A stretch of DNA of 63,037 nucleotides, the filler included, from Octopus bimaculoides (taxonomy: Eukaryota), in the NCBI RefSeq assembly GCF_001194135.2. It is 7 parts of 5 records of this genome, joined end to end, with 100 filler letters (N's around TTAATTAATTAA, not from the genome) between each part and the next. Parts side by side here need not be neighbours in the genome. Positions count along the whole stretch, not along the records: positions 23,411 to 37,025 come from NC_068981.1; 6 more parts are not named here. One strand, written 5' to 3'. The notes under the pieces were generated by a model. The model was not told the DNA's origin and made no database searches. It worked only from the letters and a program-made list of their open reading frames with translations. A program made the translations under genes and the position numbers. Positions 24,403 through 37,025 of the stretch are shown piece by piece. Each line of letters opens with the position of its first letter. The stretch's first letter is position 1.

Positions 24403-25298
24403 ACATACACACACACACACGCACGCACACATACACACACACATATGTATGTATGTATGTATGTATGTAATTTTAGCTAGATATTGAAGGTGCATCTTGT
24501 ATAGTGATTCAAATAAAAAATACAAAAGACGGTGAGTTAGAAGTTTGAAATTCAAATGCAAAAATAATTCGTGTAAGATATTTTTTAAATAACATTTCTT
24601 AAGATGCAACATAGTTGAGTCAAATGATACAACTTGCTGATTCAAAATAGAGATTAGCAGTTTGTATTAGGTCACCGATATTTAGCTGAGTTGCTGACGA
24701 AAGCATTTATCTTTTAATAGCCCAGTTCATTCAGCAGTAAATAGATGCATGGACAAGATATGTTACACTCATGCAGACAAACGCTATATGACGCGGGGTT
24801 TTTGCGAATTGCCATGTTCAGATTAAATATTCCTGTGACGAAAGCGATGGAAAAATCACATCGATGTAGTTTTCCTTATCACGTGGATATCACGTGGTCC
24901 AAAAACCATAGATTTTTATCACCTGCTGATGAATATCTCTAATTTAAAAAAATCTAGACACCGTCTTTAATTTTTAATTCGTTAGAAATAAAACGTTGAT
25001 GAAATTATATTTATAAGTGATTTACCACATATTTTAAAAGTGATTCACTCCTTTTTTTCAGATTCTTTAACACACTTCTCTTGTTAGTTTTCGAAGGAAA
25101 TGCTACTCACCTCTCATCTTACCCCGTTCCCATTGCTTTTCTTTCTTTATCTTCATTCATTAAATCAGGCAAATTTTTAAACCTTCGCCATCTGGAATTG
25201 AGATAGAGTAATGTCAATGCAGTGGCAATTGAGTTTGAATTATTGCAGGTTTCTATTTTGAAGTAAAAGATAAACTGAAAGATACACACACACACATA

Positions 25299-25515
25299 CG
25301 AAGGGGTGCTAAAAAATTTCTGGCTTAGGATAAAAGAAAATACAGGAGGATCAGTTAATTTATGATTTTATTCAACATATTCTCCTCTCAGAAGCACACA
25401 CTTATTGCAGCGGTCCTTTAGTTTTTCTAAGTCCTGTAAAAGGACTTAGAAGGCTAGGCCTTCAACCAGGCCTTTTGCGACACCCTTAAAACCAAGAACT
25501 TTTCAGCACCCATCG
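25299..25515. mobile_element. mariner-type MITE (~217 bp)
   Basis: TIRs CGAAGGGGTGCTAAAAAATTTCTGGCTT / rc CGATGGGTGCTGAAAAGTTCTTGGTTTT; TA at 25297-98 and 25516-17. Confidence 0.85.
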
Positions 25516-25974
25516 TATACATGATATATACATACACATATACACATATGTATGCATATACATAGATATATGTAGTTGGCTGGATGGGTTGGCTGGATGG
25601 CTGGATGGCTGGCTGGCTGGAGGGATGGAGGGATGGATGGATGGAGGGAGGGATAAAAGCTCATTTATTCTCAGTTGTATTCACAGCTGATATCCTTGTT
25701 AGCATCTTCCAAACATTGACCACAGTTGACGCAAAGCATTTTCTTAAGACTTAGAGGTAGAAGAAAAGAAGTAAGGACTAAATTTTGTTACAAAATACAT
25801 TTATTCTAATGAATACGTCTGTCTTGGGATGATTTCAAATCCAGCTTTTTTTCATTTGTCGGGATTTCAGAGACTTAAGATTAAAATGTTAGTACCAGTA
25901 CTTTTAAACTAATATTGGAGATATAGTTGGTCATAAACTATATCATTGATTATTCATTTCCCTACTCTCTTCAT

Positions 25975-26205
25975 GTGGAGACCCATGGCTTAGTGGTTAA
26001 GATGTTGAACTCATGATCACAAGATTATGGTTTCAGCTCTTAGACTGGGCGATGCGTTGTGTTCTTGAGCAAAACACTTTCATTTCATATTACTCCAGTT
26101 TACTCAGCTGGCAAAAATGAGTAATTTTGCGACAGACCGGCGTTCCGTCCAGTGGATGAATATATGCGCCACGGAAACCGGGAAACCGGCACTATATGAC
26201 ACCGG
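25975..26205 (+). mobile_element. SINE family B
   Basis: High similarity to 3169-3420 (TGGCTTAGTGGTTAAG...TTGTGTTCTTGAGCAAAACACTTCATTTCAT...CTCAGCTGGCAAAAATGAGTAA). Confidence 0.85.
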
Positions 26206-27396
26206 ATGGGTCATTATCTCATCTTTATCGTTATCCTGTCCACTTCCCTCATCAATTTGATGGCATCCCAACCAAAAGCCTTATACGAAAAAATTCGTTC
26301 TGTCATTCTTTCTCATAACAGCAACCACAGGAAAATCTCTCCCTATCCAAAGCTAATGTGGTAGCTTCTATGAGATCGATCATCCTGCTAGAATTATCAA
26401 GTAAGTTTGCCTCGAATCACACACTATTTTCTTAAAACGGGTTGGTGGAAACACCTTAGTTACAATATTTTTAGATTTAAAAATTATGTAATAGTAACAC
26501 CTGAAATGTATTTAATCATAAATACATTGGATTCAGGTTGAACTATTATTAACCATCAGCGACAATATCAAAACCATAATCAGCACCACCATTATTATCG
26601 CCGAGAATAGCATCAAACATACAACTGCTGATATCTCAACCTCATTCGTTTAAAAGGAACAGCAAGGACCATAGACACTGGCCCTCCTCCGTACATTAAA
26701 TAATATACTAAAAAATTCCAAACTTACTTGAAAGAATCGCAAACGAGTAGAGTGTCAGTTTATCTTGATTTTCTGCAGCTGTGCGTTGGCTTTAGCGATT
26801 TTTTTTTTTTACTGCAGAAAGCAATTCTCTTTAAATCAATGGTAAATCCAAGGTTAAATCACACCTCACTATTTTTTAAAATTTGCATTCTAACACAACA
26901 GACTTGATCTCTTCAGACGATATTTTTAATATCCAATTCTCATCTTGCAAAATTTTAAAGCTTATATTTAACTGGTTTCGGAAATCTGTCATTATAACAT
27001 TTTATATTTATTCTGTTGAGTCAGAAAAATAGCCCTACTCTACCTCTCTAACATCAACTTCATATTCAACACGAAGCTGAAAAGCTTTAGTTATATAATC
27101 CGGAATAATCGTAGTCTGATTTCTGAATAGCAAATTCAGAAAATAGTCTTAGAAATTGATTTTAACATGTCACCACATCGAAAATTGCATTTGAATCGGG
27201 TTTAATTTTTCATTGTTTCATTTTGTTTTAGTCATTGTTTCATTTTGTTTTAGTTTTTATTTTCCTTCAATAAATACGTGGCCTTGTGCCTTTCTAAGAA
27301 ATCAATATTTGTGACAAGCAAAATAAATTGCAAGCAGCATTCAGTAGAGATCAATGCCAATGACAACAGAAACAAAACGCTTACTATTATTAACTC

Positions 27397-27922
27397 TAAT
27401 GCGGTGTGCTAGCAGAATCGTTAGTGCGTCGGACAAATGCTTAGCGGCATTTCTTCCGGCTTTTCAGTTCGGCATTCAAATTCCGCCGAGATCTACTTTG
27501 CCTTTAATCCTTTCGGGGAAATAAGTAACAGTTGAATACTGGGGTCGATGTAATTGATTAGCACCACTCCACACAAAATTTCAGGTCTTGTACCTATACT
27601 AGAAAGGATTATTAACTTTACCTAAAGCGGCGAGCCAGCAGAATCGTTAGCGCGTCGGACAAAATATTTAGCGACATTTCTTCCAGCTTTTCAGTTCTAC
27701 TTTCAAATTTCACCGAGGTCTACTTTGCCTTTCATCCTTTCGGGGTCAATAAAATAAGTGCAACTTGGGCACTAGAGTCGGTGTAATTGACATCCACTAT
27801 CCCTAAAATTAACTCCACTTAAGTCGGTGAGCTGGCAGAATCGTTAGCGCGTCGGACAAATTCTTAGCGGCAATACTTCCGGCATTTTACGTGCTGAGTT
27901 CAAATCCCACCGAAGTTAACTT
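27397..27922 (+). mobile_element. Three head-to-tail SINE family A copies
   Basis: Heads at ~27397, ~27623, ~27820, all with GCAGAATCGTTAG(T/C)GCGTCGGACAAA; third copy truncated after the B-box. Confidence 0.9.
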
Positions 27923-28920
27923 AGAATGGATTTTCTAAAATTCTAAATTAAGGTTTGCAAAACAAAAAGAAAAAATCTACAGCGCAATCTAGATATTCAT
28001 TGCGATTCACCCATTCGTTGCGGCGCACTATGTGAACCACTGTCTTAACTCTTAAACGGCCGGTAAAGGTTGCATGAATGGGTGTGTGCAAAACGATCAA
28101 AAGACAAAAAATAGTTGTTTTTCTTAGGGGGTAATTTTCAAATCTATTTTCACTTTGAATAAATATAAATACGACGAAAATGATATTTTAAATCTCTTAA
28201 ATTATGCGAATAAAAACAAAAGGGCAACAAAATCATTCGACCATAAATTAAATTAAATTGAGATTTCTGCGCTAGTGTAGTCAAATGATTGTACAAATAG
28301 AGACCTAGTTGAAGAATCACTTTCTCTGTAATATCTAGAGCATTGTCATCGTCATCATCTATACATCTGATAATGAAGGTAAGTTAGAAAAAAACTTCAT
28401 GGCTGTATAATACTTCCCTTTGAGACTTCCCCCACAGATATGAGCCACTCACGCTTAGGCGCATTTGACGGAGTTGATGTTCAGGTATCAATTTATGATG
28501 GCCGTATCTATGTAAAATTTTTGAAACTTTAATTGATAACGTCCGCAGTTCTTTAATAAACACTAATTGCTGATGTCCACCGTCTGAGGGTTAATCTCCT
28601 TCAAATCACGCTATAATACCGTCTTAGAAATGGAAACTCGCACACTGTAATAAAGTCCTACATATATGTCTGAAAAAAAAAGATGAAATGCTCACGGCTG
28701 GAATGCTTTTGATTACAGGGCTAACCTTGAGCAAGACAACAGTGACATATCACTATCATCAACAACAACGACGTCAACAAAATATAACAACTAAACACTA
28801 CCAGAGTCTCGTTCGACATGCTAGAAGCAGGAACCAAATCTCCCTCAACTATGCCCAGCCTTTTTTTGTTGTTGTTGTTTTTTTAGGGCTCATTATTATC
28901 CTTTTTTATGTTTTATATAT

Positions 28921-29293
28921 TTCAATCATTAGACTTTTACCATGCTAGGGCACTGCCTTGAACAGTTTCAGTTGAACAAATTGACTCCACTACTTCTTTT
29001 AAAACCTGGTACTTATTCTATTGTCTCTCTTGCCGAACCGCTAAGTTACGGAGACGTAAACACCATCACCCGTTGTCTAGCAGTGTTGGTGGGACAAATA
29101 CACACACATCATTATATATATATATAAACGGTGGATTGGGTTTCTTTCAGTTTCCCTCTACCAAATGCACTCACAAGGATTTGATCGGCCCGAGGCTTTA
29201 GTAGAAGATACTTGTTCAAGGTGTCACGCAGTGGAGCTGAACTCGGAACCATGTAGTTGAGAAATAAACTTCTTACCACACAGCTACACCTGT
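28921..29293 (-). mobile_element. SINE family C, near full length
   Basis: Minus strand: tRNA-like head, CORE-like CACCTTGAACAAGTATCTTCTACT, internal (TA/TG)n, GTTTACGTCTCCGTAACTTAGCGGTTCGGCAA, LINE-like tail. Confidence 0.9.
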
Positions 29294-29940
29294 AATGCTT
29301 ACTGCCATGACGATCCTGTAACCGTTACATAATGTAAAAATTAAACGACACTCATGGGTGGAACATTTTTGATGACAGATCTGCTCCGTCAGGGCTGGCC
29401 TAGGGCTAAACCTCAGCAACTGCAGCAATAACTACTCCATTCAGTAAATGCCTTACAAGCACTCGATACTCTCCCTTTGCTTGCACTCTCCCGTTCTTTT
29501 CAAGTACATCTATCTATCTATCTATCTATCTAAAAAGAAAGATATCTATCTATCTATCGCTGTCTCTCTTCTGCTTTCTACTCTTCGCTCTCAAGTTCTT
29601 TTCCTCGGCACACTTTCTCCCTTCAATCTTTCTCCACAGGCGAAAACAATATCGAGAGCTTCTCTTCAAAATTTAGCTTCATTAAGATTTATTCAGTTCA
29701 GCTGCGTTGAAGTATCTCCTCGTCCACGACCAAATCAGATTTCGTTTGGCCTGGATGGGTAGGGAAAAGGGGGAGGAAGAGAAGGAGGATAGATAGAGTA
29801 AGGAGGAAGTGAATGAGAGGATCGGGAGAAAGAGGGAAAGAAAGAAGGGAGAGAGGTGGAATGTGGTGAAAAAAGGGAAAGGATGAGGAAATGGGAAGGA
29901 TAGGATGGAGGCGAGGAGGATAGAAAAAAGATGATGGTAT

Positions 29941-30013
<73 letters not shown>

Positions 30014-30694
30014 NNNNNNNNNNNNNNNNNNNNNNNNNNNNNNNNNNNNNNNNNNNNNNNNNNNNNNNNNNNNNNNNNNNNNNNNNNNNNNNNNNNNNNN
30101 NNNNNNNNNNNNNNNNNNNNNNNNNNNNNNNNNNNNNNNNNNNNNNNNNNNNNNNNNNNNNNNNNNNNNNNNNNNNNNNNNNNNNNNNNNNNNNNNNNNN
30201 NNNNNNNNNNNNNNNNNNNNNNNNNNNNNNNNNNNNNNNNNNNNNNNNNNNNNNNNNNNNNNNNNNNNNNNNNNNNNNNNNNNNNNNNNNNNNNNNNNNN
30301 NNNNNNNNNNNNNNNNNNNNNNNNNNNNNNNNNNNNNNNNNNNNNNNNNNNNNNNNNNNNNNNNNNNNNNNNNNNNNNNNNNNNNNNNNNNNNNNNNNNN
30401 NNNNNNNNNNNNNNNNNNNNNNNNNNNNNNNNNNNNNNNNNNNNNNNNNNNNNNNNNNNNNNNNNNNNNNNNNNNNNNNNNNNNNNNNNNNNNNNNNNNN
30501 NNNNNNNNNNNNNNNNNNNNNNNNNNNNNNNNNNNNNNNNNNNNNNNNNNNNNNNNNNNNNNNNNNNNNNNNNNNNNNNNNNNNNNNNNNNNNNNNNNNN
30601 NNNNNNNNNNNNNNNNNNNNNNNNNNNNNNNNNNNNNNNNNNNNNNNNNNNNNNNNNTAGTAGTAGTAGTAGTAGTAGTAACAACAGCTGTGGC

Positions 30695-30740
<46 letters not shown>

Positions 30741-30754
30741 ACAACAGCTGTGGC

Positions 30755-30788
<34 letters not shown>

Positions 30789-31835
30789 TGTAAAACGAAA
30801 AAAAATGCTACATCGGAATGTAAGAAGTCAGCTTCAAAGACCTCTCTTCAGTCACTTCCAGAAATGAGGAAATTATATACGATACACCCTCGTCGAAATG
30901 TGTAGGGGGAAAAAAATCTATGCATGGATCATTTCCATAGTGAACCGTCAATCGTCAAATAAATAAACTGAGTTGCGAAAGGACAATTCTGAACTACTCA
31001 GAATAATTCGCCATAACACTACTAGAAAGAAACGAAACGATACTTTAGAAATAATAACCCAAACACCAACGTGGAACGAATGTTTGACTCGAGAGATGTT
31101 AATTGGCCAATAAAACCTGATTATTCTGTTAAAGAGTCTAAATACAGAAGAGAATATCTGTAAACTTGACAGAAGTTTTCAAGGTACGCTCGATGCTGAC
31201 ACAGATCGTTAACAATGAATTCTGTTACCATTTCTCCATAGAGTTCCTTCGTAGAGACGCCATCAAATGATCGCTTGCTTAGCGAGAAACCTGAAGTAAC
31301 GTTAGCAATAGAACATAAGACAACTAATATATATTATATTATATTATATTATATTATATTATATTATATTATATTATNNNNNNNNNNNNNNNNNNNNNNN
31401 NNNNNNNNNNNNNNNNNNNNNNNNNNNNNNNNNNNNNNNNNNNNNNNNNNNNNNNNNNNNNNNNNNNNNNNNNNNNNNNNNNNNNNNNNNNNNNNNNNNN
31501 NNNNNNNNNNNNNNNNNNNNNNNNNNNNNNNNNNNNNNNNNNNNNNNNNNNNNNNNNNNNNNNNNNNNNNNNNNNNNNNNNNNNNNNNNNNNNNNNNNNN
31601 NNNNNNNNNNNNNNNNNNNNNNNNNNNNNNNNNNNNNNNNNNNNNNNNNNNNNNNNNNNNNNNNNNNNNNNNNNNNNNNNNNNNNNNNNNNNNNNNNNNN
31701 NNNNNNNNNNNNNNNNNNNNNNNNNNNNNNNNNNNNNNNNNNNNNNNNNNNNNNNNNNNNNNNNNNNNNNNNNNNNNNNNNNNNNNNNNNNNNNNNNNNN
31801 NNNNNNNNNNNNNNNNNNNNNNNNNNNNNNNNNNN

Positions 31836-31895
31836 CATACGCCATAGAAACCGGAAAACCGGGCCCATGACCCTGGCTAGGCTTTGAAAGGGGGA
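31836..31895 (+). mobile_element. SINE family B 3' tail (remainder in gap)
   Basis: TACGCCATAGAAACCGGAAAACCGGGCCCATGACCCTGGCTAGG matches the tail of 3169-3420. Confidence 0.7.
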
Positions 31896-31913
31896 AAAAA
31901 TATATATATTATA

Positions 31914-32113
31914 TAAGGCGGTGAGCTGGCGGAATCGTTTGCACGCTAGACAAAATGGTCAGCGGCATTTCGTCCGCCTTTATGTTCTGAGTTCAAATTC
32001 CCCCGAGGTCGACTTTACCTTTCATCCCTTCGGGGTCGATTAAATAAGTACCAGTTGAACAGAGAGTCGATATAATCGAAATTTCTGGCCTTGGTCCAAA
32101 ATTTTAAACTAAT
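31914..32113 (+). mobile_element. SINE family A
   Basis: TAAGGCGGTGAGCTGGCGGAATCG...GAGGTCGACTTTACCTTTCATCCCTTCGGGGTCGAT; tail variant TTTCTGGCCTTGGTCCAAAATTT. Confidence 0.88.
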
Positions 32114-32470
32114 ATTATATATATATATGTGTGTGTGCATATATACATATGTTTAATTTACTAAAAATATGCGCGTGTGTACATGAGGATGTATAAATTT
32201 CTCATATATATAATACACATGTATATACATGCAAATATACAGACATACGCAAAAACACGCACACATACATACAGCTATAAGCACGTATATATATGTATGC
32301 ATGTTTGGATTAAGTTGTTTGTGAGTGCTATTGGTAATATGTAACCCATTACGATCTTTCACATGGTCAACGACTAAACCAGCACCACTCAATCAAGCTC
32401 ATCAGGTGGGGACGGCTTCTACGCAACATGTCGACAATATATGTCAAAAGAACGTGGTTAGGTAGGTAGG

Positions 32471-32523
<53 letters not shown>

Positions 32524-32999
32524 GCATGAATGCATGCATATATACATACTTACTTACATATATGTGAGCGTATACATACTTTCATATGTACATAGAGAGA
32601 GAGCAGTGTAGGGATTGCGTATTTAGTAACGAAGGGAAGAGAAAATATTCAGCATTCAGTACCGAAGGCTGAGTGTAAAATACATATATTTATGGTCAGT
32701 TAAAATTCATATATCGCGATGGCATAAAAATCATTACCACAATCCGTTATGCCAGCATATCTTGAGTGCCGTTGCAAATTCTAGAAAACCAGAATATATA
32801 CAGGAGTTTCCTGCGTTACGGAAGAAATACATTCCTACAAACTTGCTGTAAGGCGAAATCCCGTAAAGTGAAATTAATTTTGTCATTGATTTTTAAGCTA
32901 TAAAGTGATGATGCATTCTGGCAGAGATTTTTATCTTTTTTTATTTTCGTTTTAGAAAAAAATAATAAAAGCAGCACGTCCACTTTCATACATGAAAAT

Positions 33000-33381
33000 G
33001 TTGTTGGCACTCCGTCGCTTACGACGTCGAGGGTTTCAGTTGATCCGTTCAAGGGAACAGCCTGCCCGTGAAATTAACGTGCAAGTGGCTGAGCACTCCA
33101 CAGACACGTGTACCCTTAACGTAGTTCTCGGGGATATTCAGCTTGACACAGTGTGACAAGGCTGACCCTTTGAATTACAGGCACAACAGAAACAGGAAGA
33201 AAGAGAGAGAAAGTTGTGGTGAAAGAATACAGCAGGGTTCGCCACCATCCCCTGCCGGAGTCTCGTGGAGCTTTAAGTGTTTTCGCTCAATAAACACTCA
33301 CAACTCCCGGTCTGGGAATCGAAACCGCGATCCTATGACCGCGAATCCGCTGTCCTAACCACTGGGTCATTGCGCCTCCAC
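33000..33381 (-). mobile_element. tRNA-derived SINE, family E, full length
   Basis: Minus strand GTGGAGGCGCAATGACCCAGTGGTTAG (A-box)...GGTTTCGATTCC (B-box); CpG-rich; probable TSD CATGAAAAT at 32991-32999 and 33384-33392. Confidence 0.92.
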
Positions 33382-33529
33382 GGCATGAAAATAACAACTT
33401 TTAGCAATACATTGCACAATATGTAATCATAAAAATATTTGTAGAGAAATATTTCAATATGGTAACAGGGTAAATTCTTACCACAAAAAGATGTTGAACG
33501 TTTTGTGAGGAATGGCGTTGGTGGAAAGA

Positions 33530-34170
33530 GAATGAAGAACGCTGTCGTCTGTCGTATAGTTCATTAACATCTACTTGAGAAGTGAAGAACTTATATGAAG
33601 TTGTTTCGTGTTTATGGCTCATAATCTCTTTGTACGGCTCGGAACTGAACTCATTGTAAATTCGTCTTGTAATTTGTATGTTACGTTCACAATTAGGGTT
33701 GTTATCAGCAGAAACTTGCAGACTTTCTTCTATAAGTGCCAACCCTTTCCTAATATTCTTTGCAGATAATATAAGTGGAATTAGTGGAATTTCCGTATTC
33801 TCGTATGTATTCTCAGCTTGATCTTATTCTAGTAGCATCAACTCATTAGATAAACATTCTCTACAGAACACTAGCAACTTAACCACTTGACCTCTTCAAG
33901 CCTTATATCCTTTGAGTGTTTTACAATATCTTAACGAATTAGATGTAGAATTTCTGCTGGTGTAAAACTTGTAAAGTCATGGATATTCTGGTCATATATT
34001 TTTCCAAGCACCATTCATAATTGAGAGTTTCCCTTTATCCCATGACTCAGTGATATTACCCACAGAATCCATTATGTTGAACTTCGAGAAGTTTCTAACT
34101 GTAAAGTAATCCTCTCCAACATTTGCTTTCGTAAGTTATTTGTAACTTCTTATGTCCTTTTAATATCCTT
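33530..34170 (-). mobile_element. Tigger/pogo-family transposase C-terminal remnant
   Basis: Minus strand FNIMDSVGNITESWDKGKLSIMNGAWKNI*PE and KNIRKGLALIEESLQVSADNNPNCERNIQITRRIYNE match Tigger W..V....MNG.WKKLWP and DPN.ER motifs; stops and frameshifts. Confidence 0.8.
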
Positions 34171-34173
34171 TTA

Positions 34174-34426
34174 ACACACCAGCATCGGTTGTCAAGCGAT
34201 GTGGGGGGGGGACAAACACAGACACACAAACATATACACACACACACACATATATATATATACATATATACGACGGGCTTCTTTCAGTTTCCGTCTACCA
34301 AATCCACACACAAGGCTTTGGTCGGCCCGAGGCTATAGTAGAAGACACTTGCCCAAGGTTCCACTGAACCCGGAGCCATGTAGTTGGTAAGAAAGCTACC
34401 TACCACACATCCACTCCTGCGCCTAT
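34174..34426 (-). mobile_element. SINE family C, 5' two-thirds (little diverged)
   Basis: Minus strand ATAGGCGCAGGAGTGGATGTGTGGTAG...CCTTGGGCAAGTGTCTTCTACTATAGCCTCGGGCCGACC, internal (TA)(TG) microsatellite. Confidence 0.9.
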
Positions 34427-34725
34427 GCTTCTTAAACTTTCCAAACCAGCATTTACTAGCCACAAAAGGTTTTTCTTCCCTTTTCTGAAAATTNNNNNNN
34501 NNNNNNNNNNNNNNNNNNNNNNNNNNNNNNNNNNNNNNNNNNNNNNNNNNNNNNNNNNNNNNNNNNNNNNNNNNNNNNNNNNNNNNNNNNNNNNNNNNNN
34601 NNNNNNNNNNNNNNNNNNNNNNNNNNNNNNNNNNNNNNNNNNNNNNNNNNNNNNNNNNNNNNNNNNNNNNNNNNNNNNNNNNNNNNNNNNNNNNNNNNNN
34701 NNNNNNNNNNNNNNNNNNNNNNNNN

Positions 34726-35007
34726 ACACGTGTACCCTTAACGTAGTTCTCGGGGATATTCAGCGTGACACAGTGTTATAAGGCTGACCCTTTTGAATTA
34801 CAGGCACAACAGAAACAGGAAGTAAGAGTGAGAGAAAGTTGTGGCGAAAGAGTACAACAGGGTTCGCCACCATCCCCTGCCGGAGCCTCGTGGAGCTTTT
34901 AGGTATTTTCGCTCAATAAACACTCACAACGCCTGGTCTGGGAATCGAAACCGCGATCCTATGACCGCGAGTCCGCTGCCCTAACCACTGGGCCATTGCG
35001 CCTTCAC
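34726..35007 (-). mobile_element. SINE family E (3' end in gap)
   Basis: Near-identical to 33104-33381. Confidence 0.9.
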
Positions 35008-35009
35008 CG

Positions 35010-35300
35010 TGCTTATCGGCACAATGCCAGGATTGATCAAGGCAGGTGTTGTGTCTTGGTAGCACTGTACATTTTATGACTCGCATCTCCTGATCAGCAG
35101 CCACCTTTTTGGCAACCTCTGCAGCTTCTACAACCAACTTGATGGCCTTCAGTTTACTGGTTCCTCTGATGCTAAGCATGCTGTAAGCTCTGCAGGGAGA
35201 CTGGTCACAAGACTCTCTGCATTCCACCTCGATGGAATCACGCCTCGTTTGCCACCCATTGCTCTGGCACAACTCCATCAGCTCAGCATATTTCCTTCTA
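35010..35300 (-). mobile_element. Hero-like RLE non-LTR retrotransposon 3' fragment
   Basis: Minus strand RRKYAELMELCQSNGWQTRRDSIEVECRE..QSPCRAYSMLSIRGTSKLKAIKLVVEAAEVA matches the Hero C-terminus (KY.EL...C...GW....PIEVGCRGF...AAE.AS). Confidence 0.8.
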
Positions 35301-35424
35301 TATATATAAATACATATACAATCATATATGTGTCGTTGCAAGAGAGGAGGCGTTCGTATAAGCGCCAATTTCAGGCAAAAAATAGAGAGAAGAAAAACAT
35401 GTTCACTATTTGTGTGTGTATGCG

Positions 35425-35494
<70 letters not shown>

Positions 35495-36484
35495 NNNNNN
35501 NNNNNNNNNNNNNNNNNNNNNNNNNNNNNNNNNNNNNNNNNNNNNNNNNNNNNNNNNNNNNNNNNNNNNNNNNNNNNNNNNNNNNNNNNNNNNNNNNNNN
35601 NNNNNNNNNNNNNNNNNNNNNNNNNNNNNNNNNNNNNNNNNNNNNNNNNNNNNNNNNNNNNNNNNNNNNNNNNNNNNNNNNNNNNNNNNNNNNNNNNNNN
35701 NNNNNNNNNNNNNNNNNNNNNNNNNNNNNNNNNNNNNNNNNNNNNNNNNNNNNNNNNNNNNNNNNNNNNNNNNNNNNNNNNNNNNNNNNNNNNNNNNNNN
35801 NNNNNNNNNNNNNNNNNNNNNNNNNNNNNNNNNNNNNNNNNNNNNNNNNNNNNNNNNNNNNNNNNNNNNNNNNNNNNNNNNNNNNNNNNNNNNNNNNNNN
35901 NNNNNNNNNNNNNNNNNNNNNNNNNNNNNNNNNNNNNNNNNNNNNNNNNNNNNNNNNNNNNNNNNNNNNNNNNNNNNNNNNNNNNNNNNNNNNNNNNNNN
36001 NNNNNNNNNNNNNNNNNNNNNNNNNNNNNNNNNNNNNNNNNNNNNNNNNNNNNNNNNNNNNNNNNNNNNNNNNNNNNNNNNNNNNNNNNNNNNNNNNNNN
36101 NNNNNNNNNNNNNNNNNNNNNNNNNNNNNNNNNNNNNNNNNNNNNNNNNNNNNNNNNNNNNNNNNNNNNNNNNNNNNNNNNNNNNNNNNNNNNNNNNNNN
36201 NNNNNNNNNNNNNNNNNNNNNNNNNNNNNNNNNNNNNNNNNNNNNNNNNNNNNNNNNNNNNNNNNNNNNNNNNNNNNNNNNNNNNNNNNNNNNNNNNNNN
36301 NNNNNNNNNNNNNNNNNNNNNNNNNNNNNNNNNNNNNNNNNNNNNNNNNNNNNNNNNNNNNNNNNNNNNNNNNNNNNNNNNNNNNNNNNNNNNNNNNNNN
36401 NNNNNNNNNNNNNNNNNNNNNNNNNNNNNNNNNNNNNNNNNNNNNNNNNNNNNNNNNNNNNNNNNNNNNNNNNNNNNNNNNNNG

Positions 36485-37025
36485 GGTTACTAATTTCGTA
36501 GGCATTTGCAGTAAGTAGTGGTGGTGGTGGTGGTAGTGGTAGGAGGGTGGTAGGGGGGTGATGGTGGTGGTAGAGATGGTGGTGCTGATTTTCATGGAAA
36601 GGTGATGGTGTTCATAATAATGTTGGAGATGGTTTTGGTGATGAGTACGATGGTGGTGGTGATGGTGAAGGCGGGGTGGGCTGGTGGTAGTGGGGCTGGT
36701 GGCGATGATGGTATTAGCGGTGGAGGTGATGGTGTCGGAGGTGATTGTGGTGGAAGTCATAATGGTATTGGAGATAGATGTCGTGGTGGGGTGAGCGAGG
36801 GTGTAGTGGTAGTAGTAGCTTTGTGGTGATATGAGAGTAGGTGGTAACGGAGCTGGCGTGGTATGGTGGTGATGGTCATGGCTGTGGTGGTAGTGGTGGC
36901 GGTGGCGGTGATGGTGGCGGTGATGGTGGCGGCGGTGATGGTGGCGGTGATAGTGGCGGGGATGGTGGTAGTAGTGTGGGTGATAGTTGTAGCGATGTTG
37001 TCAGTCGCTATGGTTCTGATAGAAA
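36485..37025. repeat. Degenerate (GGT/GAT)n low-complexity tract
   Basis: ~540 bp of GGT/GGC/GAT triplets between gaps; ORFs here are compositional. Confidence 0.8.

Noticed and set aside
27210-27253. 22-bp tandem duplication TCATTGTTTCATTTTGTTTTAG x2
   Set aside because: Isolated local slippage with no further structure.
28050-28280. TTAA-CTCTT start suggestive of a piggyBac terminus
   Set aside because: No matching inverted end or transposase found.
29755-29935. Long purine-rich tract (triplex/H-DNA potential)
   Set aside because: Degenerate GA-rich low complexity is common in this genome type and there is no clear mirror symmetry.
30661-30787. 60-bp-period duplication of AACAACAGCTGTGGCAGAAG within (TAG)n
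   Set aside because: Consistent with ordinary slippage in an interrupted microsatellite next to a gap.
33300-33381. tRNA genes at SINE heads
   Set aside because: A/B boxes are present but there is no complete cloverleaf or acceptor stem, and the sequence continues into SINE bodies.
34913-36760. Long ORFs (615 aa and others) in the ORF track
   Set aside because: They span N-runs and microsatellites; only the Hero fragment inside has real protein signal.
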